From: an uncultured Gemmatimonadales bacterium
Lineage (GTDB): Bacteria; Gemmatimonadota; Gemmatimonadetes; Gemmatimonadales; Gemmatimonadaceae
DNA: 64,000 nucleotides
Assembly (NCBI GenBank): GCA_963701965.1
Contig: OY969695.1
Span: forward strand, 1,632,001 to 1,696,000
Direction: 5' to 3'
Shown here: piece after piece, positions 48,310-58,983 of the stretch
Layout of the letters: each line of letters starts with the position of its first letter
Numbering within the stretch: the stretch's first letter is position 1
The notes under the pieces: model-generated
The model's input: only the letters and a program-made list of their open reading frames with translations
Told to the model about the DNA's origin: nothing
Databases searched by the model: none
Program-made: the position numbers and the translations under genes

Positions 48310-50185
48310 TCTGATTATTACCCGGCCGACTCCGCCGCTTCCGAATCCCCGCTTCAAGAATCGACGCTGCTGAGTTCTCCGTTTCATCGAAAAACCCTAC
48401 CGGCCACTCTTCAAGCACTCCATACTCGTTGACGATTACACGGCGATATTGTGATTGCCTGTCGATCTGTTCGACAAAGTAAAGTGCGATCGAATCCGCC
48501 ATGGTCGGCTCGCTCGTTGCAGCGGCCCAATAGCGAAGGCGATTGACCAAGTGCTCGCTGTGTGTCTCTACCACACATTGCTTGCCGAGTCGAGCCATGG
48601 CAACGAAGAAGTCTGCCAAACGTGTCTGTGCCTTCGGATTCAGATGCACCTCTGGTTGTTCGAATAACAGTGTAGCACCGGACGGCGCCACGAGCGCCAT
48701 CACTAGAACCGGAAGAACTTGACTCACACCGATGCCTACCTGTGTAAGGTCAAACTCCGATCGAAGTTCATAACCAAGTCGGCCTATACTCACACTAATT
48801 GCTTCACTCCCTACGCCGAGAAATGCAAGCCATTCGTTGACTGCTTGCAGAAGATTGACCTCCGTCTGACCTGCCAGGTTGCGGTCAGCTACGAATCTCT
48901 CTGGAGGCAAATGGGGCACCTTAGCTTCACTGTAAAGATCGAGCACGGCTGCCGTGTGCTCGCCACTCACTCCGACATCCCACGATTCGGACCCGCCGAC
49001 AAGCGGGTAAACGGTGCGGGGCGCGGTCCGGATGGGTCCGAGATAACGAACAGAGGTGACGAAGAAATCACGTATCGCTAACGACGAGTCTCGTATGACA
49101 GGTGGAAGCTGCCGGTGCTCAGCGGCCTTCAGACCAAATTGTGTGACACGAACTGCGCGTAGCAGATCGTCCCTTCGGTCTGCTAGCGCTTTTGCGAGCT
49201 GTCGCCGATAGTCCGGCCGTAGTGTGCGATAACTGGCAACGAATTGTGCGGTGGAAAACTCCAGTTGCTCGAGCAGCGCGGCAGCGGACTGCGCGTCCGG
49301 CGTTCCTATTGATTTGAGAACTTGCAGCAGTATGGCCCTGACTTCGGCATTTAGGACTTGGTCAGCTTCAGTCGCAAGCGTGTCTCCCGGCGGATCGTCC
49401 AACTCTTGGACGGACTCAAGTAGCGCACTAACAAACGAATTAGATGCGCGCTCTGCGGCATCATATACGACTGTGATTCTTCTTGGGAGGAAATGAGTGA
49501 GAGATGCTCCAACCGGCATATCGCTACCGGATCGTCTCCGCGACCGATCAGCAAAATCGACAACCTCGTAGTCGAAGGACTCAAGGACTCGAGACGGGAC
49601 GCGACCTTCGATACCGAGACCCAAATCAACTAGTCGATTAACCCGCGGCGACCCTAGCCGCCGCATGTGGATTCCGGCACCAGGTGGCCGTTCGCTCATG
49701 GATCGAAGGTCGGCGTTCGTCCTGCTAGCACGACTATCTCCGATGTCGACCCACGACTCCAGCCGCGACTCGTGAAGATCGGGATGAAGCTGGGGCAGTC
49801 GTCGACCATCTGTAGATGGGGCGATAAACGCGTAGGAACATCGGACGAGCGCTTGCCGCGATGTATCGCTTGGCCAGAACCTCCCAGCGAATGATGCGAG
49901 TCGCTCTGATGAAACCCTCAGCGAGAACCCGATCTCCACGATTGTGCGCTCTGCGTACCTACAGCGCACGTCTTCAAATGTGCCCAACCGCACGAGAGGA
50001 CCATTAAGAATAACCGGCATATTGTTGAGAGGACTGCGCAGCGTTTGCGCGGTCATCAGGATGCTCTGGATGACGGTGCTCTTTCCCGCGCTATTAGGAC
50101 CGGTCAGTATCGTTAGCGGCGCCAGCGTCAGCAATGTATTGGCTTGTACGGATTTGAAGCAGTGCAATCGCCATTCAATGAGCAT
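48302..50185 (-). CDS. ABC-type AAA_21/DUF3696 family ATPase
   Basis: FKS, GPNSAGKS (Walker A), VGIGVSQ (signature), LLFEQPEVHL (Walker B/D-loop), VETHSEH (H-loop) and WPVGFFD motifs. Confidence 0.9.
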   Translation of the reverse strand: MLIEWRLHCFKSVQANTLLTLAPLTILTGPNSAGKSTVIQSILMTAQTLRSPLNNMPVILNGPLVRLGTFEDVRCRYAERTIVEIGFSLRVSSERLASFAGRFWPSDTSRQALVRCSYAFIAPSTDGRRLPQLHPDLHESRLESWVDIGDSRASRTNADLRSMSERPPGAGIHMRRLGSPRVNRLVDLGLGIEGRVPSRVLESFDYEVVDFADRSRRRSGSDMPVGASLTHFLPRRITVVYDAAERASNSFVSALLESVQELDDPPGDTLATEADQVLNAEVRAILLQVLKSIGTPDAQSAAALLEQLEFSTAQFVASYRTLRPDYRRQLAKALADRRDDLLRAVRVTQFGLKAAEHRQLPPVIRDSSLAIRDFFVTSVRYLGPIRTAPRTVYPLVGGSESWDVGVSGEHTAAVLDLYSEAKVPHLPPERFVADRNLAGQTEVNLLQAVNEWLAFLGVGSEAISVSIGRLGYELRSEFDLTQVGIGVSQVLPVLVMALVAPSGATLLFEQPEVHLNPKAQTRLADFFVAMARLGKQCVVETHSEHLVNRLRYWAAATSEPTMADSIALYFVEQIDRQSQYRRVIVNEYGVLEEWPVGFFDETENSAASILEAGIRKRRSRPGNNQNA

Positions 50186-50531
50186 GTGCCTCCTCGAGCC
50201 GAACGTGAGCGTCACATTGGTGTGCTTCACCATTACAACCTAAGTTCGCGACCTAACGGCCCCACAGTTCTCGGACTCGGACTCGGCCAGCCGGCATCAG
50301 TCCCGCGACCGAAATCGAAGAGGCCGAAAGCTCGGACACTGTCTTCAGAATCCGCAGACGCGAACTGGTCGACAAGCACTCCGACATCGCGCGGCAAATC
50401 GTGCAGATGCACTCGATATCACCTATCACCGGCACCACGGCCACCGAGTAGGTGCGGTCGAGTTCGGGATTGCCGACCTGCATTGTCACGAAGGCATATG
50501 TATGCTCGTCAATTGCCTCCCAGTTCCGAAC

Positions 50532-51297
50532 CTATGTCACATCACCACCACGACGCGCGCTGCGGCGCAGCTGCTCGAGCTCGGCCCGCAACGGCGCCCA
50601 ATATGCGCGGTCAAGCTCCCGCTCCATTGCCTCCTCGGCGGTCAGGGCCTCCTCCAGCCGCACCTTGTCACGCGCAGTGGCGGCGTCCAACAGCGGACGC
50701 TCGGCAACTATTTCGCGCGCAGCGGTTCGGAACCGGTGCACCGCCTCGACGAGTAACACCGGCGTGCGCAGCTCGCGCAACCAGAATCGCGCCTCGGTGG
50801 GCGCAGGACGCGATGTTCCGCCGAGGTAGCTGACTTCCATGAGCCGGCGAATCATCGGCCAGTCCTTGTCCCGCTGAGTCTTCTTAGACACGACGAGATC
50901 GGACAAACCAATCACATTGACGGTGAGACCATTCTGGTAGCGCGCGGGTCTGACGTCGCGACACAAGCGCGCGAAATGGGTCGACCCCGCGGAGGCGCGC
51001 CATGACGTCAATGCGCATGCCCGCGACGTCCGGGCGTTCACACTCAAAATGAATCGCATGACCGCGCTCCAGGTATTGGAGCTCGAATGGTGGCACCGCA
51101 ACGACTCTCGCCTGAAGGTCGGCGAGGGCCGCCTTCAATCGCGAGAGATTGTCAGCGTCTGCGAGGACGGCGAGATCGGTGTCCCGGCTGAACTCCGCTG
51201 CCCCGTACAGAATGCACGCCTGACCGCCGATGAGCAGACTGTCGACGGAGAATGCCCGGATCGAAGAAAGGACTCTGTGTATCGGGCTCGGGCCCAA
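50532..51297 (-). CDS. Nucleotidyltransferase (AbiEii/DUF6036-like); frameshift near 50940
   Basis: LLIGGQACILYG...SRDTDL and RIDVM motifs, then DLVVSKKTQRDKDW in the 50532..51101 frame. Confidence 0.75.
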
Positions 51298-51463
51298 GCG
51301 TGCCTCCCAGGGCGAGATAGTCGACCCACATCTGAGAGCTGGCCGTCCAACGCTCCTCTGGCGTCATACGGTACCAAGCTGCCCATTCGGGCTCGCAGAG
51401 GTCTTCGATTTCGACGCGGCGTCGCGAAACGGCCGCTCTAGACCGACGATCTGAGGGGGTCAC
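51152..51463 (-). CDS. Small partner protein overlapping the NTase (antitoxin-like)
   Basis: EWAAWYRMTPEERW...YLALGGTL.PEPDTQSPF; overlaps the NTase start. Confidence 0.55.
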   Translation of the reverse strand: MTPSDRRSRAAVSRRRVEIEDLCEPEWAAWYRMTPEERWTASSQMWVDYLALGGTLGPEPDTQSPFFDPGILRRQSAHRRSGVHSVRGSGVQPGHRSRRPRRR

Positions 51464-51686
51464 AAGATCCTCTCGACTCGATACGGGACGACGACTGTGT
51501 CACTTTGAAACTAACACCTAAAAAGCACGAGATAAATGGTTTTGCGCCGGCCACAATCAACAACCTGACGAGCGACGGCTTGCGCAACGACCATGACGGG
51601 GTCCCGGCGTCGAGCGTCATAGGTGTATCGAGGCCTTCGTCTGCCCGAGTAAGCGTTGCATGATCTTTCTTGCCTGGGCCTGAAGC

Positions 51687-52451
51687 TCACTGATAGGGGT
51701 CGAAGCGTCGCAGGACCGCAATGTACGGCTCAAGTAGACTCGCGCGAAACTCGGCCATGACGGACGCAACGTTGTTGCCGCATTGCCATTGTGTGGGCGT
51801 CAACCCCGTGAGCCGACGGACGATCCGCAGGAGCGCTTGTGGCGACGACGCATTGAGCGCGTTGGCGATCGCCGTCGCGCTTTGGGTCGTCGACTCCGCG
51901 TGGTACGCAACTCGGGCCAACAGCGCGATTTCGAGATAGCGTTTCGGGGATGGCAGGCCGGCGCGGTTGAATCGCGACATTAGAGAGCCACGAGGCACGC
52001 CACCTAGCGTCGCGACGTCTGCTACCAGCTTGCATTGCCCGCCAAAGACCGCGGCGATGAACCGAATCCAACCGGCTGTCGTGGTGCCGAGCACATCGTT
52101 GACCAGCACTACGGCGTGCCGAGCCAACGAGCTCGGAAGCCGCTCCGGATCCAGTGCTTCCCGTAGCGACGCCCACCCCAATCGACCAACGCGCAGATCC
52201 ACAACCGGCTCGGCGCCAGCGGCGCCAAGTATGGCCGCTCGGCGGACAGCGGCGTCGCCGACTTCCTCGCTCACGATCCCAAGGACCGGAATGTGAGGGA
52301 ACGCGCGCCGCACGCGAACCAGCTGATCCACTGCCGCCGTGTCGATCCGAGCGACCGAGACAATGCCGGCGGCCGCATTGACTGGGCGCCCCGATCTCCA
52401 GCCTTTGGCGGTGACGCTCAGAGGCCTCCGCAAAGCCAGGGCTATACCCAA
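51687..52451 (-). CDS. AraC-type HTH regulator with receiver-like N-terminus; start uncertain
   Basis: SLMSRFNRAGLPSPKRYL and IANALNASSPQALLRIVRRLTGLTP motifs. Confidence 0.65.
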   Translation of the reverse strand: MGIALALRRPLSVTAKGWRSGRPVNAAAGIVSVARIDTAAVDQLVRVRRAFPHIPVLGIVSEEVGDAAVRRAAILGAAGAEPVVDLRVGRLGWASLREALDPERLPSSLARHAVVLVNDVLGTTTAGWIRFIAAVFGGQCKLVADVATLGGVPRGSLMSRFNRAGLPSPKRYLEIALLARVAYHAESTTQSATAIANALNASSPQALLRIVRRLTGLTPTQWQCGNNVASVMAEFRASLLEPYIAVLRRFDPYQ

Positions 52452-53237
52452 GAGAGCTTCGCCTACGACGCCGGGCTGGATCGAGGGTTCGTCGGCGCGG
52501 CCGACTGGGACGGCATTCTGATCGACACCGCCGTCCGCCGCCGCCGTCCGGACACGAGCTTGATTTGGAGACAACAACGCGCCCTGAACATTGAAATACT
52601 TGCTCGGCACGCCATTGATGCGGTGAAGGCAGCGGACCTTTCTGTACTCCTGGCGCCGACCATCGAGGTACGCGCGGACGCTCTGGTACACGAAGGCAAG
52701 ACGCTCTGGTCGCTAGGCATGGCATTGCCCGTATACAACGTCGTCCCAACATTGGCCGTTTGGCGGTGCCCATCGCATCAGCGCCTCTACGATCAGGTGT
52801 GCGAGCGGCAATTCGGGATCAGCGGACCATTGTTCAAAGTCGTCGACATCTTTCGTGATTCCGGGCAGCACCAGCGTCTCGTGTTCCGTGCCAACGGGTC
52901 GACCGAGGAAACCGGTGGGTCGGTCTCGTGGACGCTCAGGCGCGATGACGAGTCGATGCAAAGCATCTCGCGGGGAAGATGGCTGGACGCCCGGCTGGCC
53001 ATCGATAATCTGATCAATGACACGCTCGTAGCGGACCGGCTCGCAGGCAGCATCGTCATTGTGCCGCCCGAGTGGGAGACATACCGGAACCTAGGCGCGT
53101 TTTCTCCAGTGTACCTGTACGATACGGAAGTGCGGGCCGCCCCTTACGTCTGGTCGCCCCACGCCGGTATCTGGGTACCGATTCGATCAATAGCGGCGAG
53201 ACGCATCGTCTCCAGGTCCGCCGTCGGTATCGCATGA
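52293..53237 (+). CDS. Hypothetical protein (true start probably downstream of ~52500)
   Basis: Protein-like composition; its TGA overlaps the ATG of the excisionase-like gene (ATGA). Confidence 0.45.
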   Translation: MRERAPHANQLIHCRRVDPSDRDNAGGRIDWAPRSPAFGGDAQRPPQSQGYTQESFAYDAGLDRGFVGAADWDGILIDTAVRRRRPDTSLIWRQQRALNIEILARHAIDAVKAADLSVLLAPTIEVRADALVHEGKTLWSLGMALPVYNVVPTLAVWRCPSHQRLYDQVCERQFGISGPLFKVVDIFRDSGQHQRLVFRANGSTEETGGSVSWTLRRDDESMQSISRGRWLDARLAIDNLINDTLVADRLAGSIVIVPPEWETYRNLGAFSPVYLYDTEVRAAPYVWSPHAGIWVPIRSIAARRIVSRSAVGIA

Positions 53238-53626
53238 ACGGTCTTCCTGAGTTGGCGGGGGACTGGCGCCGGCGCGCAGAGCTGCTGCGGACACACGGCG
53301 CGGAGGAAGCCGCGAAGACTTGCGATGCGCTGGCAGCCGAACTCGAAGCGTCGATCAGTGAGCGCGAAAATGAATTGCTCACTCTGGCACAAGCGCAGGT
53401 CGTTTGCGGCTACTCGCGCGATCACCTGGCGCGCCTGATTCGTAACGGTGCGATTCCGAACGCCGGCCGCCGGCACGCGCCAAGGGTACGACGTCAGGAC
53501 CTGCCGATGCGTCCGGCGAAGAAGAACATTGCTCGGCAGACACACGCCGCATATGATCCCGTTGCCGATGCCCGGTCGCTCTCTGCGGCCCGTCTCCACA
53601 AGGGAGGCGTGCATGGCAAGACGTAG
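53234..53626 (+). CDS. Excisionase/RDF-like HTH protein
   Basis: LLTLAQAQVVCGYSRDHLARLIRNGAIP (HTH_17/MerR-like); overlaps the integrase start. Confidence 0.75.
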   Translation: MNGLPELAGDWRRRAELLRTHGAEEAAKTCDALAAELEASISERENELLTLAQAQVVCGYSRDHLARLIRNGAIPNAGRRHAPRVRRQDLPMRPAKKNIARQTHAAYDPVADARSLSAARLHKGGVHGKT

Positions 53627-54883
53627 CGGCTGGTACAAAGTGGACGGACGATGGGCGCGAGTGCTCGGCGAGCGAGGGTGCCGCGTCCGGCTGTTTGAGA
53701 TGACGAAGGGTGGTCCTTTTTATCGGACTGTGTGGGTCTCGGGTCGCGGGAAGGACCGGAAGTGCCTACACACTTCGGACAAAGCCAGAGCCGAGCGCCT
53801 GGGACTCTCGTTACTCACGTCCCTGCTACAGGGACTGGCTCCAGCACCGGAAACGCCGCTGACACTGGGCGATCTCTGGAATCGGTATCGCACCGAGTGC
53901 CGGACATTCCACGCCACGAGGCCACGGTGGCAGTTGGAGTGCGGGGACGCATGAAGTGCTTGATCGCGTACTTCGGTGCCGGTTGCCAGGTGCGCGAACT
54001 GTCCGCCGACGATGTGGCAGCCTACACAGCCACCCGGCGCGCCGGCGGGATCGTGGTCGACGAGGACTACACGACTGGCGCGGTACGTCCGCGAAGCGTC
54101 GATGTCGATCTTACGTTGCTCAATCGCATCTTGAACTGGGCAGTTTCGGTACGAGTGAATGGCGTTCGACTGCTAGACACCAACCCGCTCCGCGGCGTTC
54201 AGCGCGTGCGGGAGCACAAATCGCGAAGACCGTTGGCGACCTGGGATCGCTTCCTGGTCACACGCAAGGCACTCCGCGAATTGGCGGACGAAGCGATTGA
54301 TGACGCCGAACACCTGCGGTTCGTGAAGATCGAGTTCGCGCTGGTACTCGCCGAAGCTACGGGACGCCGGCTCGGTTCGATCCGCCAGCTCGAATGGTCG
54401 GACATAGATCTGGAGGGCGGCGTGATTCGTTGGCGCGCCGAGGCGGACAAGCAGGACGCTGAGTGCCAGGTGCCGATCCCGGCGGCACTCGGCGAGGAGA
54501 TTCGCGCATTCCGGAAGGAGCTCGCGACGGTCGGCGGGCTATGCTTCCCCTCCGAGCAAGACATCACGGTGGCGATGAGCCGGTATCAGTTCGCCAAATG
54601 GCTCCGGCGCGCGGAGAAGAAGGCGAGGCTGCCGAAACTCGCCGGCGGCCTTTGGCACCCATATCGCCGAAAGTGGGCGACCGAACGCAAGCACCTCGCA
54701 ATCGCCGACGTCGCGGCCGCCGGCGGGTGGCGTGATAAGGCGACGTTGCTCAACTACACCCAACCAACCGATGACGCCATGCTCGCGGTCATGAGCGAGC
54801 CCACCAAGCTCCGAGACGTGGCATTAGCCGGCCAAACGAAGCCACGGAACGGGTCACCAAATGGGTCACGGCCCGAGATGTAA
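53613..54883 (+). CDS. int: Tyrosine recombinase/integrase; apparent frameshift near 53930
   Basis: GGAGG RBS; N-terminus in the 53448..53954 frame; TGRRLGS, WHPYRRKWAT, AAAGGW and LLNY motifs; adjacent to the tRNA. Confidence 0.92.
54846..54869 (+). repeat. 12-bp tandem repeat, putative integrase arm-type site (proximal arm)
   Basis: GGAACGGGTCAC-CAAATGGGTCAC, matching 37295-37318. Confidence 0.75.
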
Positions 54884-54920
54884 AAAACCGGCGCCACTCA
54901 GCAACGCTAAGTGACGCCGG
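54882..54920 (-). terminator. Rho-independent terminator for tRNA-Pro, supplied by the island
   Basis: Minus strand CCGGCGTCACTTAGC-GTT-GCTGAGTGGCGCCGG-TTTTTT: a 15-bp stem with two G-U pairs plus a U-tract. Confidence 0.85.
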
Positions 54921-54932
54921 CGGTTAGATGAG

Positions 54933-55006
54933 TCGGGGCGACTGGATTTGAACCAGCGACCTCCTGCTCCCGAAGCAGGCGCGCTACCGGGCTACGCTAC
55001 GCCCCG
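54933..55006 (-). tRNA. tRNA-Pro (anticodon CGG), CCA not encoded
   Basis: Reverse complement CGGGGCG...CCTGC-TTCGGGA-GCAGG...GGTTCAAATCC...CGCCCCGA folds as a cloverleaf. Confidence 0.97.
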
Positions 55007-55147
55007 AAAAAAACGGTAGAGATCGTAAAAATACTGATGCCGGCCACCCGCGCGCCAGGCGCACCGTGACAGTCGGGCGCTTGAAGCCCGGAAGTCCCGC
55101 GGGCAACTTGTACGGCGCGTCGACACATTTACCGTGAGGAAACAGGT

Positions 55148-55717
55148 ATGAGACGAGCCTTCCGGGCCACCACCGCGGCACTCGGCCTGACCACGTTCGC
55201 ACTCTGCGCGGCTCCCACCGCGGTGGCGCAGTCCTCGCCGCTGTCGCTCACATTGGCGACCTTCGCCAACAACGACAAAATCCCCACCGCCCAAGGCTAC
55301 GACAAGAACAGCTGCGGCGGCCAGAACGTCTCCCCCGCCCTCAAATGGGCCGGCGTGCCGAGCGGAACCAAGAGCCTGGCGCTCATCATGTTCGACCCCG
55401 ATGCGCGCAAAGGCCAAGGATGGACCCACTGGGTCGCCTACGGCATCGACCCCAAGAAAGGCGGCATCGCCGAAGGCCAAGGCACATCGACCGCCGGCAT
55501 CATCCAAGGAAAGACCGGATTCCCCGCCCCGGGCTACGGCGGACCCTGCCCGCCGGTCGGCGACCCACCCCACCACTACGTCTTCACCCTGTACGCCCTC
55601 GACCTCGCGCCCAACGCCATGGAAGCCGGCCTCGATCGCGATGGATTGCTGACCGCCATCAAGGGCCACTCCATCGGCACCGCCACCCTGACCGGCCTGT
55701 ACCAACGCACCAAATGA
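55148..55717 (+). CDS. YbhB/YbcL (PEBP) family protein, secreted
   Basis: NVSPALKW, MFDPDA, WTHW, GYGGPCPP and HHYVFTLYALD motifs. Confidence 0.93.
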   Translation: MRRAFRATTAALGLTTFALCAAPTAVAQSSPLSLTLATFANNDKIPTAQGYDKNSCGGQNVSPALKWAGVPSGTKSLALIMFDPDARKGQGWTHWVAYGIDPKKGGIAEGQGTSTAGIIQGKTGFPAPGYGGPCPPVGDPPHHYVFTLYALDLAPNAMEAGLDRDGLLTAIKGHSIGTATLTGLYQRTK

Positions 55718-55769
55718 CTTGGCCCGGGGCCGGCCAACGAGCCGGCCCCGATCCGCGTACTCTTCAGGT

Positions 55770-58700
55770 GTGGCCACTGACGACACACACACGGAAATAG
55801 CCAAGCCCCACGAGCTCGAGCTCGGGACCCGGGGCACCGCCCTCACGGCCCTTTTTATCCGACGCCCCGTCATGACGACCCTCGTCATGGCCGGCATTCT
55901 CCTGTTCGGAATCATCGCTTACCAAGAGCTCCCGGTCAGCGATTACCCCCCCGTCGATTTCCCCACGATCTCCGTCAGCGCCTCCCTCTCCGGCGCCAGC
56001 CCGGAGACCATGGCCGCGACCGTGGCGACGCCCCTCGAGAAACAGTTCTCGACCATCGCCGGCATCGACAACATCACGTCCACCAGCGCCCTCGGCTCCA
56101 CGTCGCTCACCGTCCAGTTCTCCCTGGACCGGAACATCGACGCCGCCGCCCAGGACGTGAACGCGGCCATCTCGGCAGCCCTCGTCAATCTGCCGATCAA
56201 CATCGTCCCGCCCTCCTACCGGAAACAAAACCCGGCCTCCCAGCCGATTCTGTTCTACGCCCTCACGTCGCCCGACCTCCCCCTTCAAACCGTAGACGAA
56301 TACGGCGAAACCACCATCGCCCAACAAGTCTCGATGGTGAACGGCGTCGCCCAGGTCAACGTCTACGGCTCCCAGAAGTACGCCGTCCGCATCCAGGTCG
56401 ACCCCCAGGCGCTCGCGTCGCGCAATCTCGGCATCGACCAGGTCGCCCGCGCCGTCACGGCCGACAACGTCAGTATCCCCACGGGCATCATGTACGGCCC
56501 CAACCAGACCAAAACGGTCTACGCCACGGGCCAGCTCTACAACGCCGACCAGTTCAAGCACCTCATCGTCGCCTATCGGAACGGCGCGCCGGTCCGACTC
56601 GGCGATGTCGGCAACGTCCTGGATGACGTCCAGAACAACAAGACCGCCAGCTGGTACTACACGGGCGGCAAGGGCCAGCGCTCGATCTTCCTCGCCATCA
56701 CCCGCCAGCCCGGGACCAACACCATCGATGTCGTCAACGCCGTCAAGAAGACGATGGCGAACATTCGAAAAGGAGCTCCCGCCCTCCGTCACCGTCCACA
56801 CCGAGGGCGACCGCAGCATCAGCATCTTGGGCGCCGTGCATGACGTCAGGCTCTCGCTGCTCCTGGCGCTCATCTTCGTCGTGCTCGTCATCTTCATATT
56901 CCTGAGGAACGTCACCGCTACCATCATCCCGAGCCTCACCCTGCCGATGGCCGTCGTCGGCACGTTCTCGGTGATGTACCTGCTCAACTTCAGCCTCGAC
57001 AACCTCTCGCTCATGGCCCTGACCCTGGCCGTGGGCTTCGTGGTCGACGACGCGATCGTGATGCTGGAGAACATCATCCGGCACATTGAGCTCGGCGAGA
57101 AACCGATGGAAGCCGCCTACAAAGGCTCCGGCGAAGTCGGCTTCACCATCCTGTCGATGACGCTCTCGCTCGGCGCCGTGTTCATTCCGCTCGTGTTCAT
57201 GGGCGGCATCATCGGCCGGCTGTTCAACGAGTTCGCGCTCACGATCACCATCTCGATCCTGGTGTCGGGCTTCGTGTCGCTGACGCTGACCCCGATGCTG
57301 TGCAGCCGGTTCCTGCAGGAACGGCACGAAGAACACCACGGCAAGATGTTCATGGCTACCGAGCGCGCGTTCAGCGCCGTCCTCGGCGCCTATGAACGCA
57401 GTCTCGCCTGGGTCATGCGGCACCGGCCGCTCACGCTGGCGTTCTCCGTCCTGATCCTCGTCCTGACCGCGGTCCTGTTCCGGTTCGTCTCCAAAGGCCT
57501 CTTTCCGCCCGACGACACCGGCCAGCTCAACGCGACCACCGAGGCCGCGCAGGGCACATCGTTCAGGAGATGGTCCGGCTCCAGCAGCGCGTCGCCAAAC
57601 TGGCCGCCCAGGACCCCTACATCGATCAGTTCGTCTCGTCGGCCGGCGCCGGTGGCTTCACCTCGGGCTCGAATCAGGGCAACATGTTCATCACCCTGAA
57701 GCCCGCCAACCAACGCCCGCCCGCCGACGTCTGCCTGGTGGAAATCACCCGGCGCTTGAACCGCGTGCCGGGCATCTCGGTCTTCATCCAGAACCCCCCC
57801 AGCATCCGCATCGGCGGCCGCAACTCGAAATCCCTCTACCAGTACACGCTCCAAGCTCCCGACATCGCCGAGCTGTACGAGAACGCCCTCAAGCTGCTGA
57901 CAGAGCTCAAGAAGAACCCCCTGCTCACCGACGTCACGTCCGACCTGCTCAATACCAGCCCCACCGTCACCGTCCGCATGGACCGCAACCGGGCCGCGGC
58001 CCTCGGCGTCACGGCGGCGGCACTGGAGAACGCGCTCGCGGAAGCCTACAACGCCCAGCAGGTGTCCACGATCTACACGGCGAGCAACGAGTACTGGGTG
58101 CTCATGGAAGTCCTGCCCAAGTATCAGCAGTCCATCCCCGACATCACCTCGCTCTACGTCCACGGGAGCAACAACAGGGTCGTCCCGATGTCGGACGTCG
58201 CCACGCTCGACCGCGGCGTCAGCCCCCAGACCGTGAATCACTCGGGCCAGCTGCCGTCCGTCACCATCACGTTCAACACCCCGCCCGGCGCCGACCTCAG
58301 TAAAGTCACCAGCACCGTCGATGCCGCCGCCAACCGCGTCCTCGCCGGCGACGTGTCGCACGCGTTCTCCGGTCAGGCCCAGGCGTTCCAGAGCTCGCAG
58401 TCAGGACTCGGCGTCCTGCTCGTCGTGACCATCTTCGTCATCTACATCATCCTCGGCATCCTGTACGAGAGCTTCATCCACCCGATCACCATTCTCACGG
58501 GTCTGCCGTTTGCCACGTTTGGGGCATTGCTGGCCCTCTTCGTCACCGGCGTCGAGCTCGACGTGTACGCCTACGTGGGCATCATCATGCTGATCGGCAT
58601 CGTCAAGAAGAACGCCATCATGATGATCGACTTCGCCATCGAGACCGAGCGCGCCGGACACAAGACGCCCACCGAAGCCATTCTCGAAGCCTGCAGCGTC

Positions 58701-58979
58701 CGGTTCCGCCCGATCATGATGACGACCGTCGCCGCGATCGCCGGCACCCTCCCCATCGCCATCGGCGTCGGCACCTCCGCGGCGTCCCGCCGCCCCCTCG
58801 GCGTCTCGGTGGTCGGCGGCCTCGCGTTCTCCCAAGTCGTGACGCTCTACGTCACCCCCGTGTTCTATACCTACCTCGACGAGCTGCAAACGTGGCTCGG
58901 CAACCCCCACCTGCCGCGCTGGATGCGGCTCTGGCCGCGGCGGCAACCGCAGCTGCCCGTACCTGTCGCCGGCGACTGA
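55770..58979 (+). CDS. RND efflux permease (MdtB-like); indels near 56765 and 57565
   Basis: Three consecutive ORFs (55719..56843, 56605..57699, 57570..58979) rebuild a full AcrB-family protein colinear with 2258..5473. Confidence 0.9.
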
Positions 58980-58983
58980 TCGC

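Larger units (their letters stand above)
37149..54976. mobile_element. ~17.8 kb integrative genomic (putative defence) island in tRNA-Pro(CGG)
   Basis: 45-bp direct repeats, integrase and excisionase-like gene at the tRNA end, and arm-type repeats at both ends. Lower GC and frequent CTAG by eye relative to the flanks. No phage structural or conjugation genes. Confidence 0.93.

Noticed and set aside
50253..50530. 78-aa ORF between the NTase and ATPase genes
   Set aside because: No recognisable motif or start signal; possibly a remnant, but not supportable.
37149..54976. Prophage or conjugative element
   Set aside because: No structural, terminase, lysis, relaxase or type IV secretion genes are recognisable.
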